From an uncultured Alphaproteobacteria bacterium (lineage in GTDB: Bacteria > Pseudomonadota > Alphaproteobacteria > UBA828), in the NCBI GenBank assembly GCA_913053235.1, contig CAJXFT010000002.1:1-62183 (forward strand): a stretch of DNA of 62,183 bases. The letters are read 5' to 3'. Both the position numbers and the translations under genes were made by a program. Below are positions 18,715-29,420 of this stretch, one piece after another (position 1 is the first letter of the stretch; the number at the start of each line of letters is the position of its first letter). The notes under the pieces were generated by a model that had not been told where the DNA came from, did not search any database, and saw nothing but the letters and a program-made list of their open reading frames with translations.

Positions 18715-19581
18715 ATGACGGGCGCCTTCACGGTTGCTGAATATGTCAGGCCGGGGACGGTGGATGAGGCCTTGGCCGCCGTCGCCGAATATGGCGATCG
18801 CGGCAGGATAATCGCCGGCGGAACGAACTTGCTGGTCGACAGGCCAGACGGCGTCGAAGCGCTGATAGACATAACCCGCCTCGACCTCGGATATATCCGA
18901 AGCGATGGCGGCCTCACCATCGGCGCCCTGGCCACGGTTGCCGATCTGCGGGCCTCGCCCCTGCTGAGCGGCCCCTATACGATCCTGAAGGACGCGGCGA
19001 AGGCGCATGGACACGCGCTTATCAGTCATCTGGCGACGATCGGCGGCAATATCTGCAAGGCGCACCCCGTCCTCGACTTTCCGCCGCCGCTGCTGGCGCT
19101 CGACGCCGATGTCACATTGGCCGGCAATGGCGGGGAGCGGGTTATGCCGCTCGAAGAGTTTTTCCTCGGCTTCGAGGAGACGGCATTGGGTGAGGGCGAA
19201 ATGATCACTGAATTCAACCTCCCGGCGCCGGCTCCGAGAACCGGCGCCGCGTTCCTCAAAATGGGCTGGACGCATGTCGATATGGCTTTGGTCAACGCCG
19301 CCATCCTGGTCACGCTGGGCCCTGACAACAAATGCCAGGAGGCGCGGATCGCGCTCGGCACGGCGGCGCCGGTGCCGTTCAGATCGAAGCAGGCCGAAGC
19401 GGTCTTGATAGGCAAGAAAATCGATGACGCGCTGATCAAGGAGGCCGCCGCGGCCGCTGTGCGGCAAGCGGCGCCGATGGATTATCACCGCGGCTCGGAG
19501 GCCTATAAGCGGCACATCATCGGCGTTTTCGTCGAACGCGGCCTCACCGAGGCGCTGCGGATAGCTCAAGGGAAGTCATGA
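18715..19581 (+). CDS. FAD-binding medium subunit (set 3)
   Basis: ATG 18715 lies 8 nt after AAGGAG. The ORF-track GTG 18697 is an alternative start. IIAGGTNLLVDRPDG, ATIGGNICKAHPVLD, and C-terminal YHRGSEAYKRHI. Confidence 0.8.
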   Translation: MTGAFTVAEYVRPGTVDEALAAVAEYGDRGRIIAGGTNLLVDRPDGVEALIDITRLDLGYIRSDGGLTIGALATVADLRASPLLSGPYTILKDAAKAHGHALISHLATIGGNICKAHPVLDFPPPLLALDADVTLAGNGGERVMPLEEFFLGFEETALGEGEMITEFNLPAPAPRTGAAFLKMGWTHVDMALVNAAILVTLGPDNKCQEARIALGTAAPVPFRSKQAEAVLIGKKIDDALIKEAAAAAVRQAAPMDYHRGSEAYKRHIIGVFVERGLTEALRIAQGKS

Positions 19582-20045
19582 TGATGGCGCAATTCACGGT
19601 CAATTTGAATGTCAATGGAGATGACTGCAGCGTCTCGGTTGAGCCGCAAACCACCCTGCTCGGTGTGTTGCGCGACCAGCTCGGCTACAACGGGGTGAAA
19701 GCCGGTTGCGAGGAAGGCGATTGCGGCGCCTGTGCCGTCCTCATCGACGGCAAACCGGTCACCTCCTGCCTGGTCCTCACCGCTTCGGCCGAGGACAAGA
19801 AAATAACGACGATCGAGGGCCTCGCCGACGGCTGGCAGCTGCATCCGATACAGCAGGCTTTCGTCGACAATCATGGCATGCAGTGCGGCTACTGCACCCC
19901 CGGGGCGATAATCGCCGCGAAGGGGCTTTTGGACGAAAACCCGAAGCCCAGCGAAGGTGAAGTGAGGCAGGCGCTGTCCGGCAATCTATGCCGCTGCGGC
20001 TCCTATGGTAAAATGGTCAAGTCGGTATTGGCGGCGGCAGGTTAA
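19578..20045 (+). CDS. (2Fe-2S)-binding small subunit (set 3)
   Basis: 155 aa. GCEEGDCGACAVLIDG and QCGYCTPG...CRCGSY. Overlaps the FAD subunit gene by 4 nt. Confidence 0.9.
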   Translation: MMMAQFTVNLNVNGDDCSVSVEPQTTLLGVLRDQLGYNGVKAGCEEGDCGACAVLIDGKPVTSCLVLTASAEDKKITTIEGLADGWQLHPIQQAFVDNHGMQCGYCTPGAIIAAKGLLDENPKPSEGEVRQALSGNLCRCGSYGKMVKSVLAAAG

Positions 20046-20090
20046 GCGCCCCCGCTCCTTGGTATAAGGCGGATTGAAGGGGGCGATCAG

Positions 20091-22837
20091 GTGGAGCAAA
20101 ACCGCACGCCGACACGCCGCAAGATCAGGACCTACTGCAATCAGTGCGGCAATGGCCCCGACCTGCTGACGGTCGAGACGTTGGATGGCGTGGCGACCAG
20201 GATCGAACCCGATTTCGCCGCTCATGGCGTGCATCCCGCCGACGGCAAGGTGTGCGTCAAAGCCTATGGCCTGGTGCAGAAGCTCTACAATCCGCATCGT
20301 GTGTTGACGCCCTTAAAGCGGACGAATCCGAAGAAAGGCATGAACGAGGAGCCGGGCTGGGTCGAGATCAGTTGGCAAGAAGCCCTCGATACCGTCGCCG
20401 ACAAGCTCAACGGCATCAGAAAGCGCGGCCTCAAGGACGAAAACGGCAACCCCAGATTCGCCTTCACGATCGGCTCGGCGGCGTCTCCGATGTGGTACAT
20501 CGGCTCGTTCCCGGCATTCATCCAGGCGTGGGGCGATGTCGACCGTTCGATCGGCTCGGGCACGACCAATAAATGCTACCACACCGAGCATATATTCGGT
20601 GAGCTTTGGCATCGCGGCTTCACCGTGTTGCCGGACACGCCGCGCAGCGAATACATCATCGGCTTCGGCTATAACGCCGACGGTGCGGCGGGCGGCGTCA
20701 TTGCCGCGCGCCGGCACGCCGACGCCCGCGCGCGCGGGGTCAAACGAATTCAGTTCGAGCCGCATCTCTCGGTCAGCGGCGCCTCCGCGACGGAGTGGCT
20801 CCCCATAAAGGCCAAGACCGATTCGGCGGTGCTCTACGCCATGCTGCATGTGCTTCTGCATGAGCATCCGCTGACCGACCTCGACGTCGATTTTCTCAAA
20901 AACCACACAGCGAGCCCCTACCTGATCGGGCCGAACGGTTTCTACCTGCGCGATCCCGAAACCCGAAAACCACTGATCTGGGATTTGGCCGGCGGGCAAG
21001 CCGTGCCGCATGACCAAGCGGCGGCTGATCCTGCTCTCGAAGGATGTTTCGAGGTCATCGATGCGATCGAAATCGGCGCCGATCACGAGCTGTGGACACA
21101 TGCGCGCGCCTCGGGGATGACCGGCTTCGAGGCGCTCAGGCGACATGTCGCCGATCGCTCGCCCGAATGGGCGGCGGGCGTTTCAGACATCCCGGCGCAC
21201 AAGATACGCCGTATCGCCAACGAGTTCCTGTCGCACGCCAGGATCGGCGAGACGGTCGAGATCGACGGCCACCTATTGCCCTTCCGGCCGGTGGCGATCG
21301 TGTTCGGAAAATCGGTGAACAATGGCTGGGGCGCCTATGAATGCATTTGGGCGCGCACCGTGTTGCAAACGCTCGTCGGCGCGCTCGAAGTTCCCGGCGG
21401 CATCATCGGCAGCCTCGTTCTGCTGTCGGGAGCGCACGGCTACGATCGGATGAACACCGTGATAGCGGGCGAGGACGGTTTCATGTTCTATCCGTTCAAC
21501 CCGACAACGAAGAATGAGTGGAATCCGAGGTCGGATTCTCGGCACGCGCACCTCACGCTGACGCCGATGGCGGGAGACGGCATCTACAGCCATAACATCG
21601 GCAGCACGGTCATCAGTTGGATGCGGCTGCAGGGCCGCGCCGCCGAGACCTGGCCGCGGCCGAACCCTCCCGATGTGTGGTTTCTCTATCGCTGCAACCC
21701 GATGAATTCGTTCTCGGAACTCACCAAGCTCGGGGAGTCGATTGCCCGCTTCCCGTTCACCGTCACCTTCTCCTACACGATGGATGAGACCAACCATTTT
21801 GCCGACATCGTTCTGCCCGAGGCGATGGATCTCGAAAGCTACCAATTGATCCCGCTCGGCGGCACCGGCTGGCTCGAAAGCCTGTGGAGCTCGAAGGGCT
21901 GGGTTCTGCGGCAACCGATCGTCGAGCCCAGGGGCGAGGCCAGGAACTTCAGCTGGATCAGCAACGAGCTGGCGCGCCGCACCGGTTTGCTCGAAGCCTA
22001 TAACGCCGCGATCAACGCCGGCGCATGCGGCGTTCCGCTCAAGGCGGAGGGCTATGACCACGCGCTCGATGTCGCCGAAGAGCATGATGAGAAAGCGGTC
22101 TGGGACCGGGTTTGCAAAGCCGCGTCCGCCAGCCTAACGGACGGCGAAGAGGTGCACGGCCTGTCCTGGTTCAAGGAGAATGGAAACCTCCTCAGGCCGA
22201 TGTCGACGCTCAAATGGTATCTGTTTCCCAAAATGGTGGAGACCGGACTGCGCTTCGAGCTTCCCTATCAGGAGCGATTCCTGCGCATCGGCAAACAACT
22301 GGCCAACCGGCTGCACGAGACCGGCGTTGAATGGTGGGACCGGCAACTGGCCGATTACGAAGCGATGCCCGAATGGAAAGACCTCGAGAAGCTTTGGGAC
22401 GATGCGTTGCAGCGAAACTATCAGGCGGCCGCCAAGGATTATCCGTTCTGGCTCCTCACCACGCGCAGCATGCAGCATGCCTGGGGCGCCACCGCGAGCA
22501 TTCAGTTGCTGGCCGAGGTCGGCAATAACCTCGCCGGCCAGGACGGCATCCTCGTCAACAGCATAAAAGCGGCCGAGTTGGGCATTCGCGACGGCGATGA
22601 GATCGAAGTCCGCTCGGCGGTCGGGGCGATGCGCGGCACCGCCCGGCTGCGCCACGGCGTGCGGCCCGACGTGGTGCTCATGATCGGCCAGTGGGGGCAT
22701 TGGAAGACCCCCTTCGCCAAGGACTTGAAGCGGCCGGGGCCGAACGACCTGATACCGATGAACATGGATCTGATCGACGGAATGGGATCCACCAACGAGA
22801 CCACAAAGGTGGCGATCAGCCTGGTCGAGGCGCGCCC

Positions 22838-22841
<4 letters not shown>
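20091..22841 (+). CDS. DMSO-reductase-family (bis-MGD) molybdopterin oxidoreductase catalytic subunit, no Tat signal (PadB-like architecture)
   Basis: 916 aa. GTG 20091 follows GAAGGGGG. The N-terminus MEQNRTPTRRKIRTYCNQCGNGPD goes straight into a degenerate Fe-S motif (C16-x2-C19 ... C55, with the usual third Cys replaced by Pro). Candidate Mo ligand region is SGTTNKCYHTEH. C-terminal molybdopterin-binding barrel ELGIRDGDEIEVRSAVGAMRGTARL. Confidence 0.85.
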
Positions 22842-23497
<656 letters not shown>

Positions 23498-23501
23498 CAG
23501 T

Positions 23502-24332
23502 GTGACAAACACCGGCCAGGTGCTTCAAGCCAATTGGGACTGGCGCGCGGCGGGCAACTTCATGTTCGGCGGCAGCGGTGGAAGCCTGTTGCTGATCGCC
23601 GGGTTTTCTTCGCTGCCCGACGTGCCGCATCCACTCGTCGCTGCCGTGGCGATGGCGCTGGTCGGATTGGGCCTCTTTCTGGTGTGGGCTGAAATCGGGC
23701 GTCCATGGCGCTTCCTGCACGTGTTTTTTCACCCCCGCACATCATGGATGACGCGCGAGTCTGGGGTTGCCGTCGCCTTCTTTGCCCTGGCCATCACCGG
23801 CGTCGTGCTCAGCCTGCCGGTCGTCGTCGCGGTGGCGGGGGTGATGGGTTTGCTCTTCGTCTATTGTCAGGCGCGCGTCCTCAAGGCGAGCACGGGCATT
23901 CCGGCCTGGCGCCAGCCGGCCATCGTTCCCCTGATCCTCGCCACCGGACTGACCGAGGGAGCGGCATTGTTGTTGCTGTTGCTGGCCGCCGTGCAGGAAG
24001 CGATTCCGTGGCTGGACTATATACTGTTGGGACTGATCGTGGTGCGCGCGGTGGCGGCGGCGTCCTATCTGCACGCTCTCGCGCGCGCCAATGCACCGGA
24101 GGCGACGATTTCGGTGCTCAAACGAACGGCGATCCCCTTTCTTATGGTTGGAAGCCTCATTCCACTGATCCTCATCGTCCTCGAAGTAAGTATGACGACC
24201 GAGGCCGATATAGCGATCATCGTCGCCGGCATATTGGCTCTTGTCAGCGGCTGGTATGTGAAATTCACCATCGTCACGCGCGCCGCTCACGTCCAGGGAT
24301 TTTCCCTCGGCGTGCCGGGGCCGGCCTCTTAG
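23502..24332 (+). CDS. Integral-membrane anchor subunit (DmsC/PadD-like, about 8 predicted TM helices)
   Basis: GTG 23502 lies 5 nt after the Fe-S subunit stop. Highly hydrophobic sequence, with WDWRAAGNFMFGGSGGSLLLIAG and successive hydrophobic helices. The start is uncertain; an internal Met is possible. Confidence 0.7.
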   Translation: MTNTGQVLQANWDWRAAGNFMFGGSGGSLLLIAGFSSLPDVPHPLVAAVAMALVGLGLFLVWAEIGRPWRFLHVFFHPRTSWMTRESGVAVAFFALAITGVVLSLPVVVAVAGVMGLLFVYCQARVLKASTGIPAWRQPAIVPLILATGLTEGAALLLLLLAAVQEAIPWLDYILLGLIVVRAVAAASYLHALARANAPEATISVLKRTAIPFLMVGSLIPLILIVLEVSMTTEADIAIIVAGILALVSGWYVKFTIVTRAAHVQGFSLGVPGPAS

Positions 24333-24349
24333 TCTCGGATCGCCGGCAG

Positions 24350-25285
24350 ATGGGGAATTGGCGCAATCTTACCGCCGGCATGGCGCGCCTGCCGCTGCTG
24401 CCCACCGCCATGCTGTTCGCCTGCGGCATCACCTGGGGCCTCAGCTTCTCGTTCAACAAAATCGCCATCACCTCCGGCATTCCCGTTATCGCCTATGTGT
24501 TTTGGCAGAGCCTCGGCGCCGGGCTCATTCTATTGATCCTCTCCTTCGCCACCGCCAACCGAATGAATCTGAGCTGGTCGCATCTCAAGCTCTATGGCGC
24601 TTCCGCGCTGTTCCAGTTCGTTCTGCCCTTTCTGGCGCTCAATTATGTCGCCGACCGCTTGCCCGCCGGCGTCGTCAGCCTGGGCCAGGCCCTGGTACCG
24701 GCACTGACCTTCGGCTTTGCCATGGCGTTTCGCATCGACCGCTACAGCATGCTGCGTTTCGCCGGGCTTTGCATCGGTCTCGCGGGCGTCCTTCTGGTCG
24801 TCCTGCCAAAAGCCAGCCTGCCCGATCCCGGCATGGTCGGCTGGGTGCTTATCGCCCTGATCGCGCCGCTCTGTTACGGCTTCGCCAATACGCTGGTGGC
24901 AATCATGCGCCCGCCCCAGTCGAATTCCATTCCCCTCGCCGCCGGGCTTCTGCTCGGCGCATCGACAATCCTCCTCTTGCTCATGGCGGCGACGGATAGC
25001 TGGTGGTTTTTCGATGCCGGCCTGAACGACGGCGCCTTGGCCCTGATCGGAGTCACCGTCGTAAACGTCATTTTCTGGTATCTGCTGTTCGAGATCATCC
25101 ATCTCGCCGGCCCGGTCTTCTTCGCCAGCTACAATTATATTTCGCCCCTGGCGGGCATCGGCTGGGCCGTCCTGATTTTGCACGAGCGGCACAGCGTATG
25201 GATATGGGCCGCTCTGGCGCTCATGTTCGCCGGCCTGTTCCTGGTCAACAGGCGAGCGAGGGCAGCGCCCCAGCAGCGTGCGTAG
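24350..25285 (+). CDS. DMT-superfamily (EamA-like) transporter
   Basis: The second half of ORF 23705-25285, taken from ATG 24350 (MGNWRNLTAGMARLPLL...). About 10 hydrophobic helices in two EamA-like halves. ATG 24380 is an alternative start. Confidence 0.8.
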   Translation: MGNWRNLTAGMARLPLLPTAMLFACGITWGLSFSFNKIAITSGIPVIAYVFWQSLGAGLILLILSFATANRMNLSWSHLKLYGASALFQFVLPFLALNYVADRLPAGVVSLGQALVPALTFGFAMAFRIDRYSMLRFAGLCIGLAGVLLVVLPKASLPDPGMVGWVLIALIAPLCYGFANTLVAIMRPPQSNSIPLAAGLLLGASTILLLLMAATDSWWFFDAGLNDGALALIGVTVVNVIFWYLLFEIIHLAGPVFFASYNYISPLAGIGWAVLILHERHSVWIWAALALMFAGLFLVNRRARAAPQQRA

Positions 25286-25409
25286 CAGGGCCCTGGCCGG
25301 TGCGCGCACCGTGTTTGTTGACTGTGCCGGCACAGAGGATAAGCTGTGTTCCAAACCAGCCTTACGACGTAAGCTGGCGACAACGATAACAAAATGGGAG
25401 GCGGGAGCG

Positions 25410-26279
25410 GTGAAACCGGCACCATTTGATTATGTCCGCGCCGACAGCGTCGAGGGCGCCTTGTCGGCCCTGGCCGAGCAACCCGAAGCGCGTGTGCTGG
25501 CGGGCGGGCAGAGCCTCATCGCGATGATGAATCTGCGCCTGCTCAAGCCGGGCTGTCTGATCGATATCAATCGGCTGTCGGAGCTCGATTATATTCGGGC
25601 CGAAGGCGATGAACTGGCGATCGGCGCCCTGACGCGCCACACCGCTGCCGCCACCTCGCCATTGGTTGCGGAACATTGTCCGCTCATGACCGCGGCCTAC
25701 GGCCATATCGCCAACCGGGCGGTGCGCAACCGGGGCACCGTCGGCGGCAATCTCTGCCATGCCGATCCGGCGTCGGAGAATCCGGCCGTCGCCATCGCCA
25801 GCGGCGCCACGCTTGTCCTCACAAGCCTCGACGGCGAGAGGCGCATCGCGGCCGAGGATTTTTTCCTCAGCCTCTACGAGACCGCCGCCGAACAGAATGA
25901 ATTGTTGACCGAAATCCGCATCCCCAAGGCGCCGGCGAATCAGGGCTGGTCTTTTCAGGAGGTGAGCACGCGCAAGGGCGATTTCGCGCTGGTCGGCGTC
26001 GCCGCCACGCTTGATTGCCCGAATGGCACCTGCTCGGATGCACGCGTTGTTGCCGTCGGCGTCGGCGAGCGCGCCGAGCGCCTCGGCGCCGCCGAAACGG
26101 CGATCAAGGGAGCGGTGGTCGACGAGGCCGGCCTGGCAGCGGCGGCGGCGGCGGCCCGGGACGCGGTCGACCCGCCGTCCGATTTCCATGCCGATTCGGA
26201 ATTTCGCCGCGATCTCGTATTCACCCTCACCAGGCGGGCGCTTGGCGAAGCCCATGGGCGCTGCGGAAAAGGAGGCTGA
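25410..26279 (+). CDS. FAD-binding medium subunit, CoxM-like (set 4)
   Basis: GTG 25410 follows GGGAGGCGGGAG. VKPAPFDYVRADSVEGAL..VLAGGQSLIAMMNLRL, VRNRGTVGGNLCHADPASE, and C-terminal DFHADSEFRRDL. Confidence 0.85.
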   Translation: MKPAPFDYVRADSVEGALSALAEQPEARVLAGGQSLIAMMNLRLLKPGCLIDINRLSELDYIRAEGDELAIGALTRHTAAATSPLVAEHCPLMTAAYGHIANRAVRNRGTVGGNLCHADPASENPAVAIASGATLVLTSLDGERRIAAEDFFLSLYETAAEQNELLTEIRIPKAPANQGWSFQEVSTRKGDFALVGVAATLDCPNGTCSDARVVAVGVGERAERLGAAETAIKGAVVDEAGLAAAAAAARDAVDPPSDFHADSEFRRDLVFTLTRRALGEAHGRCGKGG

Positions 26280-26283
26280 GGCG

Positions 26284-26766
26284 ATGGACAGTGTAAAAAT
26301 TGCGCTCACCGTGAACGGCCGGCGCCATGAACGCGAAGTCGAGCCGCGCCGGCTGCTGAGCGATTTTCTGCGCGAGGATCTTAGGCTCACCGGAACCCAT
26401 TTGGCATGCGAGCATGGTGTCTGCGGCTCCTGCACGATTCTCATGAACGGGCAAACCGCGCGCTCGTGCCTGACCTTCGCCGTCATGGCCGACGGCGCCG
26501 AGATCACCACCATCGAAGGGCTCGGCAGCGTCGAAAACATGCATCCGCTGCAAGCGGCATTCTGGGAAAAACACGGCCTGCAATGCGGCTTTTGCACACC
26601 CGGAATGTTGATGTCCGCGCTTGAGCTGTTGCGCGAAAATCCGGACGCCAGCAGCGAAGAAATACACCAGGCTCTGGCCGGCAATCTGTGCCGCTGCACC
26701 GGCTATCAAACCATCGTCGAGGCGGTCGAAGCGGCGGCCGAGACAATGCGGGGAGCAGAGCGATGA
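26284..26766 (+). CDS. (2Fe-2S)-binding small subunit, CoxS-like (set 4)
   Basis: ATG 26284 (MDSVKIALTVNGRRHE). ACEHGVCGSCTILMNG and QCGFCTPG...CRCTGY. Confidence 0.9.
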   Translation: MDSVKIALTVNGRRHEREVEPRRLLSDFLREDLRLTGTHLACEHGVCGSCTILMNGQTARSCLTFAVMADGAEITTIEGLGSVENMHPLQAAFWEKHGLQCGFCTPGMLMSALELLRENPDASSEEIHQALAGNLCRCTGYQTIVEAVEAAAETMRGAER

Positions 26767-29222
26767 CATTGGACGCCTATATCCCGCCAAGCCGGCAGAC
26801 CGAGAAGCCGCGCGAATCATACCAGTGGATCGGCAAGAGCATGAAGCGGGTCGAGGACCCGAGACTCCTGGTCGGCCGCGGTATCTTCGCCGACGACATC
26901 AATCTGCCCGAGATGGCCCATGCCGCCATTCTCAGAAGCCCGCACGCCCATGCCGTCATCAAGAGCATCGACAAAAGCAAAGCCGAGGCGCTGCCCGGCG
27001 TTCTTTGCGTCATGACCGGAGCGGATGCGGCGAAATATACCGGCCCGTTGCCGAGCTGGGCGAACCCGCCGGTGCATCAACATTGCATCGCCCAGGACAA
27101 GGTTCGCCATGTCGGCGAAGCCGTTGCCGCCGTGGTCGCCGAAACCCGTTACATCGCCGAGGACGCCTGCGATCTGATCGAAGTCGCGTATGAGCCCCTG
27201 CCGGCGGTGGTCGATCTCGAAGCGGCGCTGAGCTCGACCGGAGATGCCGTGCTGCATCCCTATCGCGGCGATACCAATGTCGCGCTCGCGCGCACCTTTA
27301 CGTTCGGTACCGTGGAGGAGGATTTCGCCAAGGCCGATCGGGTGATCGAGCGCCGCTTCCGCTGGCCGCGCTCGGGCGGCACGCCGATGGAAACCCACGG
27401 CGCGGTGGCGAGTTACGATCCGGGAACCGGCAAATTCACCATCCACGCCAACACCTCGATGTATAATTACTGCGGCTGGATGATCGCCGATTCGCTCGGC
27501 GTTCCGGCCCACAAGCTGAATATCATCCCCACCCTCGCCGGCGGCAGCTTCGGCGCCAAGCTGTTCAGCCACAAACCCTGCGTGCTGGCCGCGACGCTGG
27601 CGCGCGCCACCGACCGACCGGTCAAATTCATGGAAGACCGCATCGACAACACCACCGGCTGCGACGCGCACGGCTCCGATCGGGTCTATTATGCCAAGCT
27701 GGCGATCCAGGACGACGGCACCCTCTTAAGCCTGAAAACCCATATCATCGACGATTACGGCGCCTATTTTCAATTCGGCGTCGGCCAGCACGGCAACGCC
27801 CTCTCGCAATGTGTCGGCCCGTACCAGATCAACAGCGTCGAAGTCGCGCTCGAAGCGGTGCTGACCAACAAATGCCAGCAGGGCGCCTATCGCGGCTTCG
27901 GCTCCGAAGTCGCCAATTTCGTCATTGAGCGCCTGGTCGACGGCGCGGCGGCGGAACTCGGTATGGATGTGGTCGATATCCGGCGCAAGAATTTCATTAC
28001 GCCGGATCAGTTCCCCTATCTCATCCCGACCGGCAACATGTATGACAGCGGCAACTATCAGGCGGTGCTCGACGAAGCCCTCGAATTGTCAGAGTATGAA
28101 TCGTGGCGCGCGAAACAGGCGGAGATGCGCAAAGAGGGCCGCTATGTCGGCATCGGCGTCGCCACCTGCCAGGAACGCAGCGTCTTCAGCACCACCGAGT
28201 TTTGGATGTGGAATCTCGAACCCGGCGGCGAATGGACCAGTTCACCGGATGCCGTATCGCTCAAGATCGACCCCACCGGCAAGGCCTTCGTGACCCTGCA
28301 CTCGCCGTTTTGGGGCAACAGCCCCGAGACCGTCGCCGTGCAGGTCCTGGCCGAGCAATTGACGCTCGACCCGTCGAATATCGAGGTCACCTATTCCGAT
28401 TCGGACCATGGCTTCAATTCCACCGGGCCCGGCGGCAGCCGCTTCACCGTGATGGTGGCGGGCGCCGTGGTCGGCGCGGCGCATCAGCTCAAGAAAAAGC
28501 TGCTGCGCATCGCCGGCCATCTGATGGAAGCGGACACCGCCGACCTCGAGTTCAGAGATGGCGCGGTGTCGCTGAAGGGCGCGCCGGACAAGCGCCTGAC
28601 GATCGCCGAACTCGCCAACACGGCGCATTACTTCCGCCTCGACCTGCCCGAGGACATGGACCTGACGAGCGGCCTCGACGCGAGCTACGTCTATGACCAC
28701 CCGGTCACGACGCTGCCGGCCAAGGACAATTCGCACCTCGGCATCTTTTACCCCATCATGGGCCACATGTGTCATATCCCGGTCATCGAAGTCGATATCG
28801 AGACGGGTAAGATTTCCTTCCTCAATTACGCGGCGGTGCATGATTGCGGCACCATGGTCAATCCAATGACCCTGAAGGGCCACGTCCGAGGCGGCGTGGT
28901 GAACGGCATCGGCAGCGCGCTCATGGAGCACTACCATTACGACGAAACGGGCCAGCTGCAGAACAGCCTGTTCACCGACTATCTCGTGCCTTCGATAATG
29001 GAATCGCCTTCCGACATAAAGATCGGCCATGTCGTCACGCCCTCGCCGTTCACCGAATATGGCATCAAGGGCGGCGGTGAAGGCGGACGCATGGGCGCAC
29101 CACCGGCGCTCGCCGCCGCGATCGAAGACGCGCTTCGCCCGCTCGGAGTGACGATTGACGAATTGCCGCTCAGCCCAAACCGCTTAAGGCGGTTGATTCG
29201 CGAAGCTCAGGGCCGGTCTTAA
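26763..29222 (+). CDS. Xanthine-oxidase/CoxL-family molybdopterin-binding large subunit (set 4)
   Basis: ATG 26763 (MTLDAYIPPSRQ...), ATGA overlap with the small subunit. KRVEDPRLLVGRG, AILRSPHAHAVIKSID, loop GAYRGFGSEVA, and C-terminal YGIKGGGEGGRMGAPPALAAAIEDA. Confidence 0.9.
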   Translation: MTLDAYIPPSRQTEKPRESYQWIGKSMKRVEDPRLLVGRGIFADDINLPEMAHAAILRSPHAHAVIKSIDKSKAEALPGVLCVMTGADAAKYTGPLPSWANPPVHQHCIAQDKVRHVGEAVAAVVAETRYIAEDACDLIEVAYEPLPAVVDLEAALSSTGDAVLHPYRGDTNVALARTFTFGTVEEDFAKADRVIERRFRWPRSGGTPMETHGAVASYDPGTGKFTIHANTSMYNYCGWMIADSLGVPAHKLNIIPTLAGGSFGAKLFSHKPCVLAATLARATDRPVKFMEDRIDNTTGCDAHGSDRVYYAKLAIQDDGTLLSLKTHIIDDYGAYFQFGVGQHGNALSQCVGPYQINSVEVALEAVLTNKCQQGAYRGFGSEVANFVIERLVDGAAAELGMDVVDIRRKNFITPDQFPYLIPTGNMYDSGNYQAVLDEALELSEYESWRAKQAEMRKEGRYVGIGVATCQERSVFSTTEFWMWNLEPGGEWTSSPDAVSLKIDPTGKAFVTLHSPFWGNSPETVAVQVLAEQLTLDPSNIEVTYSDSDHGFNSTGPGGSRFTVMVAGAVVGAAHQLKKKLLRIAGHLMEADTADLEFRDGAVSLKGAPDKRLTIAELANTAHYFRLDLPEDMDLTSGLDASYVYDHPVTTLPAKDNSHLGIFYPIMGHMCHIPVIEVDIETGKISFLNYAAVHDCGTMVNPMTLKGHVRGGVVNGIGSALMEHYHYDETGQLQNSLFTDYLVPSIMESPSDIKIGHVVTPSPFTEYGIKGGGEGGRMGAPPALAAAIEDALRPLGVTIDELPLSPNRLRRLIREAQGRS

Positions 29223-29296
29223 AAGATAGCGTAAATGCCGTTTTACAGTCGTCGTACGGCCGATCGACTGGAATTGCCGGAATCGACCGCGATCAA

Positions 29297-29334
29297 AATA
29301 TGTGAATAACGCCTCGACAAAGCGGTCACATATT
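29297..29334. promoter_or_regulatory. Perfect 9-bp inverted repeat AATATGTGA-N20-TCACATATT upstream of the binding-protein gene
   Basis: Read directly in the AT-richer 198-bp intergenic region, about 90 bp upstream of ATG 29421. Candidate operator. The spacing does not fit CRP/FNR sites. Confidence 0.25.
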
Positions 29335-29420
29335 GGTTGAATTCTAAAATCGGTAATTATTTGGATAAAGAAACAATAACATCCGTGTTTCGAAGCTAGA
29401 CTGCAGAAAGGGAGACTCTC

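Noticed and set aside
29297-29334. CRP/FNR-type site (TGTGA ... TCACA).
   Set aside because: The half-sites are separated by 20 nt rather than the required 6 nt.
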